Source of the DNA: Chrysomallon squamiferum
Lineage: Eukaryota > Animalia > Mollusca
Length of the DNA: 64,000 nucleotides
Direction of reading: 5' to 3'
NCBI GenBank assembly: GCA_012295275.1
Contig: CM022672.1
Span: 16,802,001 to 16,866,000 of the forward strand
Made by a program: the position numbers and the translations under genes. Positions 54,660 through 64,000 of the stretch are shown here, piece after piece (the first letter of the stretch is position 1; each line of letters begins with the position of its first letter). Under the pieces are notes generated by a model, which was not told where the DNA came from, did not search any database, and saw only the letters and a program-made list of their open reading frames with translations.

Positions 54660-55183
54660 GGTCGTAACTACATTCAGGCAAATGAGGCAAATGCTTCGTA
54701 CCGAAACTGACGAATTTTCAAAAATGTATTTATTTTTTATTACTTTTTAAAATTTTATTTACAAATTATAAAATGTAAATCCCTATTCCGATTGAAACGA
54801 TATCCACTGAATCAATTCGTTTATGCCTGCAATTACGGTTTAAAGTCTACCGACATCGTTGTGATAAAAGAAATGTGACTTCAAAGATACCAAACATCAA
54901 ACAGGTTAACTGAAAATCTGATAATTTAAGGCATACAACGTCCTTTGCACACATTTCATTTTTAGCCCGGTTCTTGCCCTGATGTAATGTATATTGTGAT
55001 TAAACCCACAGACACCCCGCCCAAACTTCCCCCCCCCTCCACCCGCAGATTAAGCGTTTTTGCCTCATTCCAAAAACAGTCAAGTAACGGCCATGATATA
55101 TATAGAAAGAGGCATGAAAAGAAAATATAAATATTATATATATTTATTTCACACAAAAACAAATATGCATTATTATTATTATT

Positions 55184-55238
<55 letters not shown>

Positions 55239-55553
55239 TTTACCCAGTTTATTTATACCAAATACGTTTAATAGCGTTGTTTGAAAAACATCTTTTTGTA
55301 AATGTGCAGGTCTTAAGAATCTCGATTGAATTCACGTAAATATTATGATGCAAAAACGGAAGAAAAGAAAAGAAAAGAAGTATTTCTATCGAAAATATAC
55401 CAGTCAGTCGAAAGTTACATTTACGGGAATTTTGAGTGAAACCACTGATAAAATTAATTAACTTGTATTTTAATTTTATGTAATACTTTGCTTCACAAAT
55501 TCAGTAACAGCAAGTAATGTAGCATCGTTTTGGTTTTGTATATGTTATTATTA

Positions 55554-55620
<67 letters not shown>

Positions 55621-55948
55621 ATTTTTACAGTGATAAATTTTAATAAAAATTAAAAATTAAAAATATATAAATAAATAAATACATACGATTCTTAAATGAA
55701 CACTGATTTATTAAGTCAAGGCACACGGCCGGAGTATGTCAACAGAATCCAATTTTTACAATGCAAACTAATTCATCAAACTAACAGCGATAAGCCTAGC
55801 CATGGGAAATTGTAAAACAAAGGAACAGATAAATGAAAGAATACTTAAAAACAAACGAGAAAAATAAAATATCTTAAAATGTTTTATTGTATGCCTACAA
55901 AAAATAAATCTTCCAGAATGACCCATTTATATTAAATTAAAATTCTAA

Positions 55949-55992
<44 letters not shown>

Positions 55993-56778
55993 ACGCATTA
56001 ATACAATTATAGGCTTCTCATTATTTCTTCTCCCCCCCCAGCCCCATGTTTTAATAAATATGCAATTTCTTTACAATTGTAAACCTGGAAAAGTCAAATT
56101 TTAACAGTATCCAGTGATTTTCCACAACAACTGATTCTACAGCATGTCAAAACCATTTCAAAACCATATTGGGTATTAAGATTATTTTTTGTATTATTAT
56201 TATACAAAATTGAAATAAACCGGATTAATAAGACAAGACATCCGTTACAAACGCTATCACAGTATTTTATTAGAATACTCTTGATTTTACAATGTAAAAC
56301 TGTATAGCAGTATGCTGTAAATGAAGGAGTTTGTTTTTGTATGGATAAAAATAAAATCAATCCATATCTTTTTCATACACAAAAATAAAACAATTAAGAC
56401 TTTTATAATGTTCGAACACTTACGCAATACTGCAAAACATCTATTAAGATAAACAAAAAAGAAATTATAAAAGTAAAAATCAATAAGAATAACAATGGTA
56501 GGATGCAGACGATATTCCTGCTAAATTAAACCACATTCCATTGTTTGGCTCTTTATTTGTTCTAAAATTATTGTTAATAATCTATATTTCATGCAAAAAT
56601 ATCAACCTGTTTTAATAAATTATTCGCCAACAACACGTGAGTGCTTTATTTTTATTAATATATTTTATATTTTATTTCATATTATAGTAAATTAATAAAT
56701 AATAATAATAACTTTACTTACCAGAAATAATATACTAACTAATATCAATAAAAGTTTTGTTAATGGCTGGCCGAACAT
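49490..56778 (-). CDS. Tetraspanin (293 aa, 7 coding exons)
   Basis: Phase-0 GT-AG exons: 56778-56722, 54565-54335, 51864-51790, 51496-51386, 51239-51024, 50262-50179, 49597-49490 (882 nt). Four TM segments. The large extracellular loop has WDRLQFELKCCG, PYTCC, PKC and GCY. C-terminus ...EVGAYVNVTET*. Confidence 0.9.
52198..52858. mobile_element. Non-autonomous fold-back/MITE-type DNA element with long (~200 bp) imperfect terminal inverted repeats
   Basis: TATA|GGGAAATTCTGTGTCAAATCACCCAA ... TTGGGTGATCTGACACGGAATGACCC|TATA. Inner arms also pair (gatcccacagcaccaaatctgaaat / atttcagatttggtgctgtgggatc; ccaccaaccttt / aaaggttggtgg). Superfamily not assigned. Confidence 0.88.
55164..55237. repeat. 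(ATT)n-(TTG)n microsatellite
   Basis: Directly visible; it generates the spurious polyY/polyC ORF. Confidence 0.92.
55545..55619. repeat. (ATT)n microsatellite
   Basis: Directly visible trinucleotide run. Confidence 0.92.
55952..55990. repeat. (CA)n microsatellite
   Basis: Directly visible dinucleotide run. Confidence 0.95.
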
Positions 56779-57170
56779 TTTGTTACTCAGACCAAAAATG
56801 AGTTAACGATGATGACGTAAAGTATTCTAAATATAGCTGTGGACACTGTAATTTTAGCCCGCGTAATTTTATAAGGCGGACTAATCGGTACGAGGTAAAT
56901 AAAACGGTCATTATTTTATACCCGATGTCATGGATTTTTTTTATTTTTTTTATGTTTTTATCGCTTAGTACCTATAGTTATTGACATTAAAACTATCCTT
57001 GCTAGTTTCTGATAATTTTTGTTATTATTAATAATCTATTATTATTATTATTTTGCATAGTCAGTGGATTACTTACGGCAGGCTTTCTCAGTCTTTCTCC
57101 TACTACCGTCCTCTTTTTCAAAGCAATCATTTATTTAATGTGATTCTTGTGATAGCGCCTACATTTTTAA

Positions 57171-57790
57171 TACCTTGACTTACGAGTTTACTTCGTTCCG
57201 TGACCGTACTCGTAACTCAATTAGTTCATATATCAAATCAATTTTCCCAACTGAAATTAACAAAAATACCATTAATCCGGTCCAGGCCCTTCAAAACCAC
57301 CCCAATTTTTTGTAACGTATTTTTTAATAAGAAAAATGTTTTTATAAATGACAAATGTAAAAAAAAAAAAAAAAAAAAAAAAATGTAAAGAAATAAATTG
57401 GTTTTGTAAAGTGTATGCCTATTTATCTTGGAGATCATAAAAATTATTTTAACGCCTTTGGCAAGCGTTATAGTGTTTATCAACTCATGCTTCAATATGG
57501 TACATATCGTAGAGGTTCTACTCTTGTACTGTCTTGCCAAGTCAAAAACGCACTCATGTTTTTCTGTGATTTCATACTTTAATTCAGTCATCCGTTTCTT
57601 CTTCTCAGCACTGTCCTTTTCACTCACTTTCTTAGGATCCATGGCTACAAAAAAATTGGCAAAATGCTGGGCGGATGTCGCGTTGTTCGTTGCGCCAGCT
57701 AGCGGTGGCATATCTGAAGCTCACTCGGAACTCAAAGCAAAAAATTGGTAAACTCATAAGTTGGTGCACTCGTAAATCAAGGTACCAGTG
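57171..57790 (-). mobile_element. Tigger/pogo-type DNA transposon, internal-deletion derivative (copy 1)
   Basis: Ends TACCTTGACTTACGAG (outermost bases lost) and CTCGTAAATCAAGGTACCAGTG|TA. Minus-strand remnant MDPKKVSEKDSAEKKKRMTELKYEITEKHECVFDLARQYKSRTSTICTILK...AKGVKII is a CENP-B/psq-type HTH N-terminus of a Tigger transposase. Alignable with 61886-62639. Confidence 0.88.
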
Positions 57791-57949
57791 TATTTGCATT
57801 TAAATTTACAAGATTTAGTTTTAGGTCTCATCAAATGCATTTATCAGTTTTACTTGTTACTTTTGTCATGATTTTATTAAATCCACATTCAACCAAATAA
57901 AAAGTTGGAAACCATTTTAGCTAATTCTGATCATGTTTGGATAGTTATA

Positions 57950-59030
57950 TAGCTGTATCTGAGGACAGTCATAATTCAGTTATTTCAACTATTTCAAAAT
58001 TGTTCTCACATTTATCTTTTTATTTTAGTTCAGCAGTTAGCTAGCTCTTTGGCATTTTCACCAACTGATTCTATACCACAACCAAAAATCTTCATCATCC
58101 ATGTCTGAACTTTGAATGAAAATAAAACATAAAAATAGTCTATTTAATTCTTCTTTCAGTGTCAATAAATATTCTGTGTATTTTTTATAATTATTTTTTA
58201 ATTTGATTTGAAAGATGTCCAATTTGTTCTGTTATCTTGGTCATATTATTGAAATTCTTCCTCTCTAAACTGATTTCAAACAATTTTTCAGTAAAAATTT
58301 TCAGACGAATACAATCTAGCAAAGTGCATAATTTATTTTGAAGGATGAAAATTCACTGAAATTTTGAAAGATCCATGCTAAAAAGATGTCACATTTGTTT
58401 GTGAAAAACTATAGAAATGGTCTGTCACATTCACTGTGAGATTAAATTAAATGTCTTAATAACTATTGTCATTGATTCACTAAGATTGTGACTAATATTT
58501 TTGGCAACTAAATGATGACCGTGTAACATACAGTGCACTGTAAGAATCAAAATACATTAATTACAATGGTGCAGTACATCCTTTCCACAGGATATCAAAT
58601 GTTCAAAAAGTACTTATTTTTCAAAATTTTACAGCCTCAAAAATAGATACTCCAACAGTGTCAGTTTCTGAAAGTTTAATGAACAACTTTCACAGATTGC
58701 AGTTATCTATGAAACACATGTATGTCAAAAGAATAATTCTGTTATCTTATTGTAGATTCATCAATTTGAATAAAAAAATTGTTTTTCAAGTTTTCAACTA
58801 TATAGTTTTCTACATCAGATGTTATTTCATCAATTCTCTAGATTGAATCATTGCTCAATGGTAATGTTTTAAAATATTTACTCAATGTTGATCACTTTTT
58901 GTGAGAAATTCAAAGGAAGGCTGTGTAGCATTTTCATGCAGAAACTATATATGCACTTCCATTTGTTGCAATTATCTGAGCTATTTCATAAGATACAGTC
59001 CATCCACTTTCACTTCTGCTCATTGTATTA
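57950..59030 (-). pseudogene. Fossil hAT (Buster/Charlie, ZBED5/SCAND3-like) transposase
   Basis: Minus-strand fragments with stops and frameshifts, in the expected order: VSYEIAQIIATNG (~59000-58960), LPLSNDSI*RIDEITSDVE (~58865-58810), IQIDEST (~58770-58750), ETDTVGVSIFEAVK (~58670-58630), VHCMLHGHHLVAKNIS (~58538-58490; hAT CxxH motif). Boundaries are approximate and no TIRs were found. Confidence 0.78.
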
Positions 59031-59816
59031 AAAGAAAAGAAAAAATGAGAAGGTATTTCATTAATTAATTATTATTTTATTTTATTTTTTTATCTTCAAA
59101 ATAAGCGATGAGTTTGTTCATTTTTTTAAATTATCTACAAGTGTTAAAGGTTTTATAGCTACATTAGAAAATTACTTGTTACATAAAAGACACATAGATT
59201 GTTTTTGGTCATTTAGTCATTCTACAAAGACATAAGCCAAATTTCAGAATCGCAACACTTTCGATATCAAATTAAGAACCAGTCACTTGTCTTAATTGCT
59301 GTTCAAATACTGTGAACAGTGCAGGTGTTGTGAAACAGTACATTTTCCAAAATTATTATTATTATTATTATTAACAGAAATATCACCATCATCCTCATTA
59401 TTATTTTATAACACTTTAATTAATTCCTTTGTGCAATGCTGATATTAATTATTTTTATTTTCATCTTATAGAATTTAATCCCTTTGGAAATACAGAAACG
59501 TGTCAGATTATATTGAAACAACAGCAGATTTTAACGCGAAACAAAATGTATCACTTCGTAGCAGAATAAGGCCTTACTGAGTGCATTTGGTACCCAATAA
59601 AACTTTGTATCCATAATTTTTAACCAGTTTTTTTTAAATTTAATTGTATCATCCATACTAGTGACATATTTAAAAATAATATTTATCTTTGTTTTATTGT
59701 CATTAGTAATTGGAGTTTAATTGGATTTTTGGAACGATAAAAAAATCTAATCATTATAAAAATAATAATAGTAATAGTTGGCTGAAAAATATAATGAACA
59801 CCGAAATAATTAATTA

Positions 59817-60598
59817 CCGTATATACTTGTGTACAAGGCGACCTTATGTATTTTAAGACCAAAAATTGCCTCAAGTAATTTTAGGTATTACTTGTGTATA
59901 AGTCGACTGTAGATTCCAGGCACCGTCACTATTTTTAGACCAGTGTGACAGTGCCATGAAGGCCTACATTGTACGCCTACTGTAGCTTGCACGAACATAC
60001 CATAATAACGTAAAGGCATGTATTACACGAGCTATAGCCTAAATGTATCATAAATAGTATCTCTTTAATGTAATAGGTCTAACATGGAGACCTAACTTAC
60101 CGTTATATTTAGTCGTTCTATGATTTACAAAATTTGTCGGTAGTGGATATTAATGACGATTGCAATATTATTTCACCAAATTCTTTACAATTAAACAAGT
60201 GAGTTTTGTTTATGAAATTAGGACCGATATTTTTAATGCAATTTGGCAGAGAAGTCTGCATTCCTAGATCATCGCAAGACGCTGTAAGGCATAACGCCGT
60301 ACTGACGGTTTTCTCGCTTTAAAATGTATTTTTATGTCATTAAACGGAAGAATATCATGTTTTACATTCATATTTGGTTTTGTTATTTAATTTTTCAAAA
60401 AAAATTTGTACGATAAAATTATATTTTTGAAAAGCTGAAAGACCGCGATTATTTTAGATGCATCCCGTAGCAAAAAATAGTCAAAATGGCGACTCTTCAG
60501 CAACAGCTACAAAAGCATTACCTATGTATAAGTCGACCGCCAAAATATTACCTTAATGTAGTCTCCCAAAAATTCGACTTATACACAAGTATATACGG
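59817..60598. mobile_element. Non-autonomous Tc1/mariner-superfamily MITE with CCGTA termini (pogo/Tc2 type)
   Basis: TA|CCGTATATACTTGTGTA ... TACACAAGTATATACGG|TA: 17-bp perfect TIR and TA duplication. Sub-terminal repeats TGTATAAGTCGAC near 59895 and 60525. Confidence 0.92.
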
Positions 60599-60638
60599 TA
60601 TATTTAATATAACCTTCCTAATAATATTAATAAAAATC

Positions 60639-60672
<34 letters not shown>

Positions 60673-61885
60673 ACAAAAACCCCATAAACAACAATACAAA
60701 AATATATATATATAAATCACAATAAAGAGAAATTATCACCGGTACCTATTAACCAAATCAAATTGACAAAGCACTTGTTAATAACAAAATATGGTGTATT
60801 TCTGCAGGCATGAATTTACCTTGATATGTACCGTTGTATTTATTCTTCAAACAAAACCAGCTGTATTTACATAACTTGTCCATCAGTTTTATTGCAGTAG
60901 TGTTATTTCTTATATTAATGATCATGTTTTTTTTATAATACAACATAACTGGAATAGTAATACAAATTATTCAAAACCACAAAGTCAATTTGAAAACCAT
61001 CATGATGATGATAATTTGAGAAATTTGTATATCATGTAATTGAAATTAGAAAACATACTCAAAGATGTTAATTGGTTAAACAAGAAAACAATAAAGAGTT
61101 ATTAAAATTAAACTTCAGTAAAGAATAGTTAATAGGATCTTCAGTCCACTACAAGTCTATTAAATTCAGATCACAAACAAGAACACTTTCCAAAACATCA
61201 ACACAGGACTTGATAGAGCATGTAATATAGTTATTTAATTCTAAACAAACAAGTTTATCAATTGAATAAACCATCAGAGAACATTAATAAATTAAAAAGT
61301 ACCACTATTTTGATATAAATCACAAAAGAGAAAAACATAAAGAATTATTTTACAATTATGGGTCAAATACAGATAACAGAATAAGTAACAAGTAAGAACT
61401 CAAATATGTCAACAAATTAAAAATAGAAAAGAGATTTGTAACTAGTAACTCAAAAAGAATAACAGTAAGTAATTTTAAATTAAGCACTATAGTAGAAATG
61501 TATTATTAGTATTAAAAATTAAGCAGCCAAATATTCAAAAAAATAATATATATGCAATTAGTTTAAATCAAAAATTGAAATGTATTTTTGATCAACTCTT
61601 AATATAATTATTTTAAAATAAAAACTGTAAAAAGATTACAGTCCAGTTATTTTAAATTAAAAACAAAGTTACAATAATTATTTTAAATTAACAAAATGAG
61701 ATTACAGTAGTTATTTTATTTAAAGAACTAATAAGTTACCCATCTAGTATTTTAAATAAAGAACTAAAAAGACTATAAACTCCAGCTATTTCAAATTAAG
61801 AATTAGTAATTTTAATTTAATAACTGAAAACAGAATATACAGAACAAGTATTTAGAGTTTTTGGTCAAAATATAAAATCCATCTA

Positions 61886-62639
61886 CAGTGGTAACTTGAC
61901 TTCGGAATTTAATTTGTTCCATGACCAAGCTCGTAACTCAGTTTGATTGTATATCAGATCAGTTTTCCCAGCTGAAATTAATTGAAATACCATTAATCCG
62001 GTCCAGCCCCCTAAAACCACCTCATTCTTTTGTAATGTGTTTTTAAACAAGAAAAATGTATTTATAAATTAAAAATACTGTATAAAAACAAAATAAAAGA
62101 GAATGTAAAAAAATAAATTGGTTTTATAAAGTGTATCTATCTTGGAAACCAGACAAATTATTTTAATGCCTTTGGCTGGATTTACAGCCTTTATTAACTC
62201 CTGCTTTAGTATGGTACATATTGTAGAACTACTACGCTTCTACTGCCTAACCAAGTCAACTAAATGAACACCTATTTTTCTATGATTTCATGCTTTATTT
62301 CAGTAGGCATCATCCGCTTCTTCTTCTCAGCACTATCCTTTGCTCTCACTTTCTTATGATCCATGGTCAGAAAAAAGAAATTTGGCAAAAAACTGCACAA
62401 AATGCAAGCACAACACAATAGAGATGCTTCACTAGCAATAAACATATGAAGTAAACAAGTGAGACATGGAATGCTGGATGGATGTTGTGTTGTTCATTGC
62501 GCCAACTAATGGCAGCATATCTGAAGCTCACTCATAACTCGGATTTTAGCTTGGAACTCAAAGAAAAAAATCAACCAAGTGACTGCTCATAACGTGGAAA
62601 AATCTTAAGTTGGGGCACTCGTAAGTCAAGGTAACACTG
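61886..62639 (-). mobile_element. Tigger/pogo-type DNA transposon, internal-deletion derivative (copy 2, both ends intact)
   Basis: TA|CAGTGGTAACTTGACTT ... AAGTCAAGGTAACACTG|TA. Decayed minus-strand MDHKKVRAKDSAEKKKRMMPTEIK...SSTICTILKQELIKAVNPAKGIKII. Confidence 0.9.
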
Positions 62640-62913
62640 TATTGTAAATGGCGATATTTTGACAAAAGATTTTTCGATTGTATCCAGCAAAAATCTACAA
62701 GGAATGCATATATCATTAATTTTATATAAATACAAGATATTCTAGTCCATTATTTCAATTAATTATTTATTTAATAATCCAATATTTGATAACTCTAATG
62801 TTTTTATTACCTAATTGAATTTAGGATGTCTCTCCCCTTTTGGTTATCAATTACAATTTTTTTACATAAGCAATAATAACCCTTTCAAGTTTTAATCATA
62901 TTTTACGTGCTAC

Positions 62914-62951
<38 letters not shown>

Positions 62952-63172
62952 TTTAAATATAAAAAATAAATAAATTAATAAAATTTGGAAAAATAATAAA
63001 TAATTAATGAACCTTAAATTTAAATAAAGAATTATTTTAAAAGGATATAAGAACCAGTAACAAATGACCAAAAACTCTAAAAGCAATGTCAGCAATCAGT
63101 GAATTCAGTTGTTTTCTTATCATAAGATTTAGTTAACACGGCATGCATGCCCTTCCAATTTTACTGCCTGGT

Positions 63173-63650
63173 TCAGGTATAAATATTCCTTGTTAAGATA
63201 TTGGTGTCATCATAGATGTGTCCAGATCTCATGAAGAAGACAAGGGCTATCATTCCTACAAGCTGTGGAGGGAGAGAAAACAAAATCATTTATTAATAAT
63301 TTTATTAAAGGGAATGGTATTCATCATAGAAAAAAAAAGAAAAAAAGGAATGAAATTCTTTGTCAAGGTTTTCAGCAATTTGTTAATTGGAATTGCAGTC
63401 TTTTCTTTTTTTTCCAACTTCAGTGACAAATTTATTTCATGGCATGATTAGAATATAAAAGTTTAATTTTCAAATATTGTTTTGTTTATTTTTGTTGTTT
63501 TTTTCTAATCAATTTGTATTTATGTAAGCAAAAAGCTAGAAATGAATAAATGTGTCTTATAAAAACAAAAAAACAAATACAAAAATTAATAAATAAATAA
63601 ATTAAAAAATTAGAAATAATAATAATATAATAATAATAATAATAATAATA

Positions 63651-63695
<45 letters not shown>

Positions 63696-63881
63696 TCAAA
63701 TGGGTTTTTTCTTATAAGAAATCCACTGTAATAGTTTATAATAATTATAAAAATGTTTCTAAATTTTCTCTCTTTCTTTTGGTTACATAATATTCACCTC
63801 CACAAAGATGACAGAACCACCAGTTCCCAGAAATATTACGTAAATAAGATCATACCATTTATCCATTGAAGTATAACAACC
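63173..63881 (-). CDS. Second tetraspanin (tandem paralogue), last two coding exons; the rest lies beyond the right edge
   Basis: Exon 63881-63798 (84 nt, GCYTSMDKWYDLIYVIFLGTGGSVIFVE|gt) has the same length, phase and GCY...E boundaries as exon 50262-50179. Terminal exon 63262-63173 encodes LVGMIALVFFMRSGHIYDDTNILTRNIYT* and follows a strong acceptor ttttctctccctccacag. Confidence 0.82.
63617..63694. repeat. Back-to-back (AAT)n/(ATT)n microsatellite (self-complementary)
   Basis: An aataat run switches to an attatt run at about 63651. Confidence 0.9.
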
Positions 63882-64000
63882 CTGAAATTTAAAAAAAATA
63901 TATATATATTTTTAAAGAAACAAAAATAAATAATGGTTATGGTTAGCAGCAGAATGTAAATGAAAATAATGAAGACTTTTAATTATCAAAATAACTGAAT

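Noticed and set aside
57238-57751. 157-aa and 107-aa ORFs as host genes
   Set aside because: They lie within the deleted Tigger element: a truncated transposase N-terminus running into poly-T, and its antisense frame.
1599-63095. Many short ORF-track entries with polyI, polyY, polyC, TH/CV or polyF/K tracts (e.g. 1599-1808, 3436-3747, 13627-13863, 29142-29435, 38294-38494, 55060-55284, 62910-63095)
   Set aside because: They are translations of (ATT)n, (CA)n, (TTG)n microsatellites and poly-A/T runs in introns or intergenic DNA.

Overview
AT-rich, intron-rich animal genomic DNA. It is probably from a lophotrochozoan such as a mollusc; that taxonomic guess is inference only. Most entries in the ORF track are microsatellite or intron artefacts, so I assembled gene models by hand from splice sites and reading frame. 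(1) The 5' part of a KIF14-type kinesin-3 gene lies on the minus strand (272-10347) and runs off the left edge. One of its introns is a U12-type (minor spliceosome) intron with rare AT-AA termini. (2) A divergently oriented type-I membrane protein gene of about 900 aa lies on the plus strand (15610-43868): signal peptide, about 7 CUB-like domains, one LDLa repeat, TM helix, short tail (NETO/LEV-10-like layout). It hosts two antisense genes in its introns: an 882-aa TRPV-family channel with an uninterrupted CDS, and a two-exon orphan helical protein of about 134 aa. It also has a candidate 24-nt microexon. (3) A complete 7-exon tetraspanin (49490-56778, minus) and the last two exons of a tandem tetraspanin paralogue (63173-63881, minus). 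(4) DNA-transposon relics: a rearranged mariner-type element, two Tigger deletion derivatives, a CCGTA-ended MITE, a long-TIR fold-back element and a fossil hAT/Buster transposase. There are also many microsatellites. No rRNA, tRNA or CRISPR features were seen.
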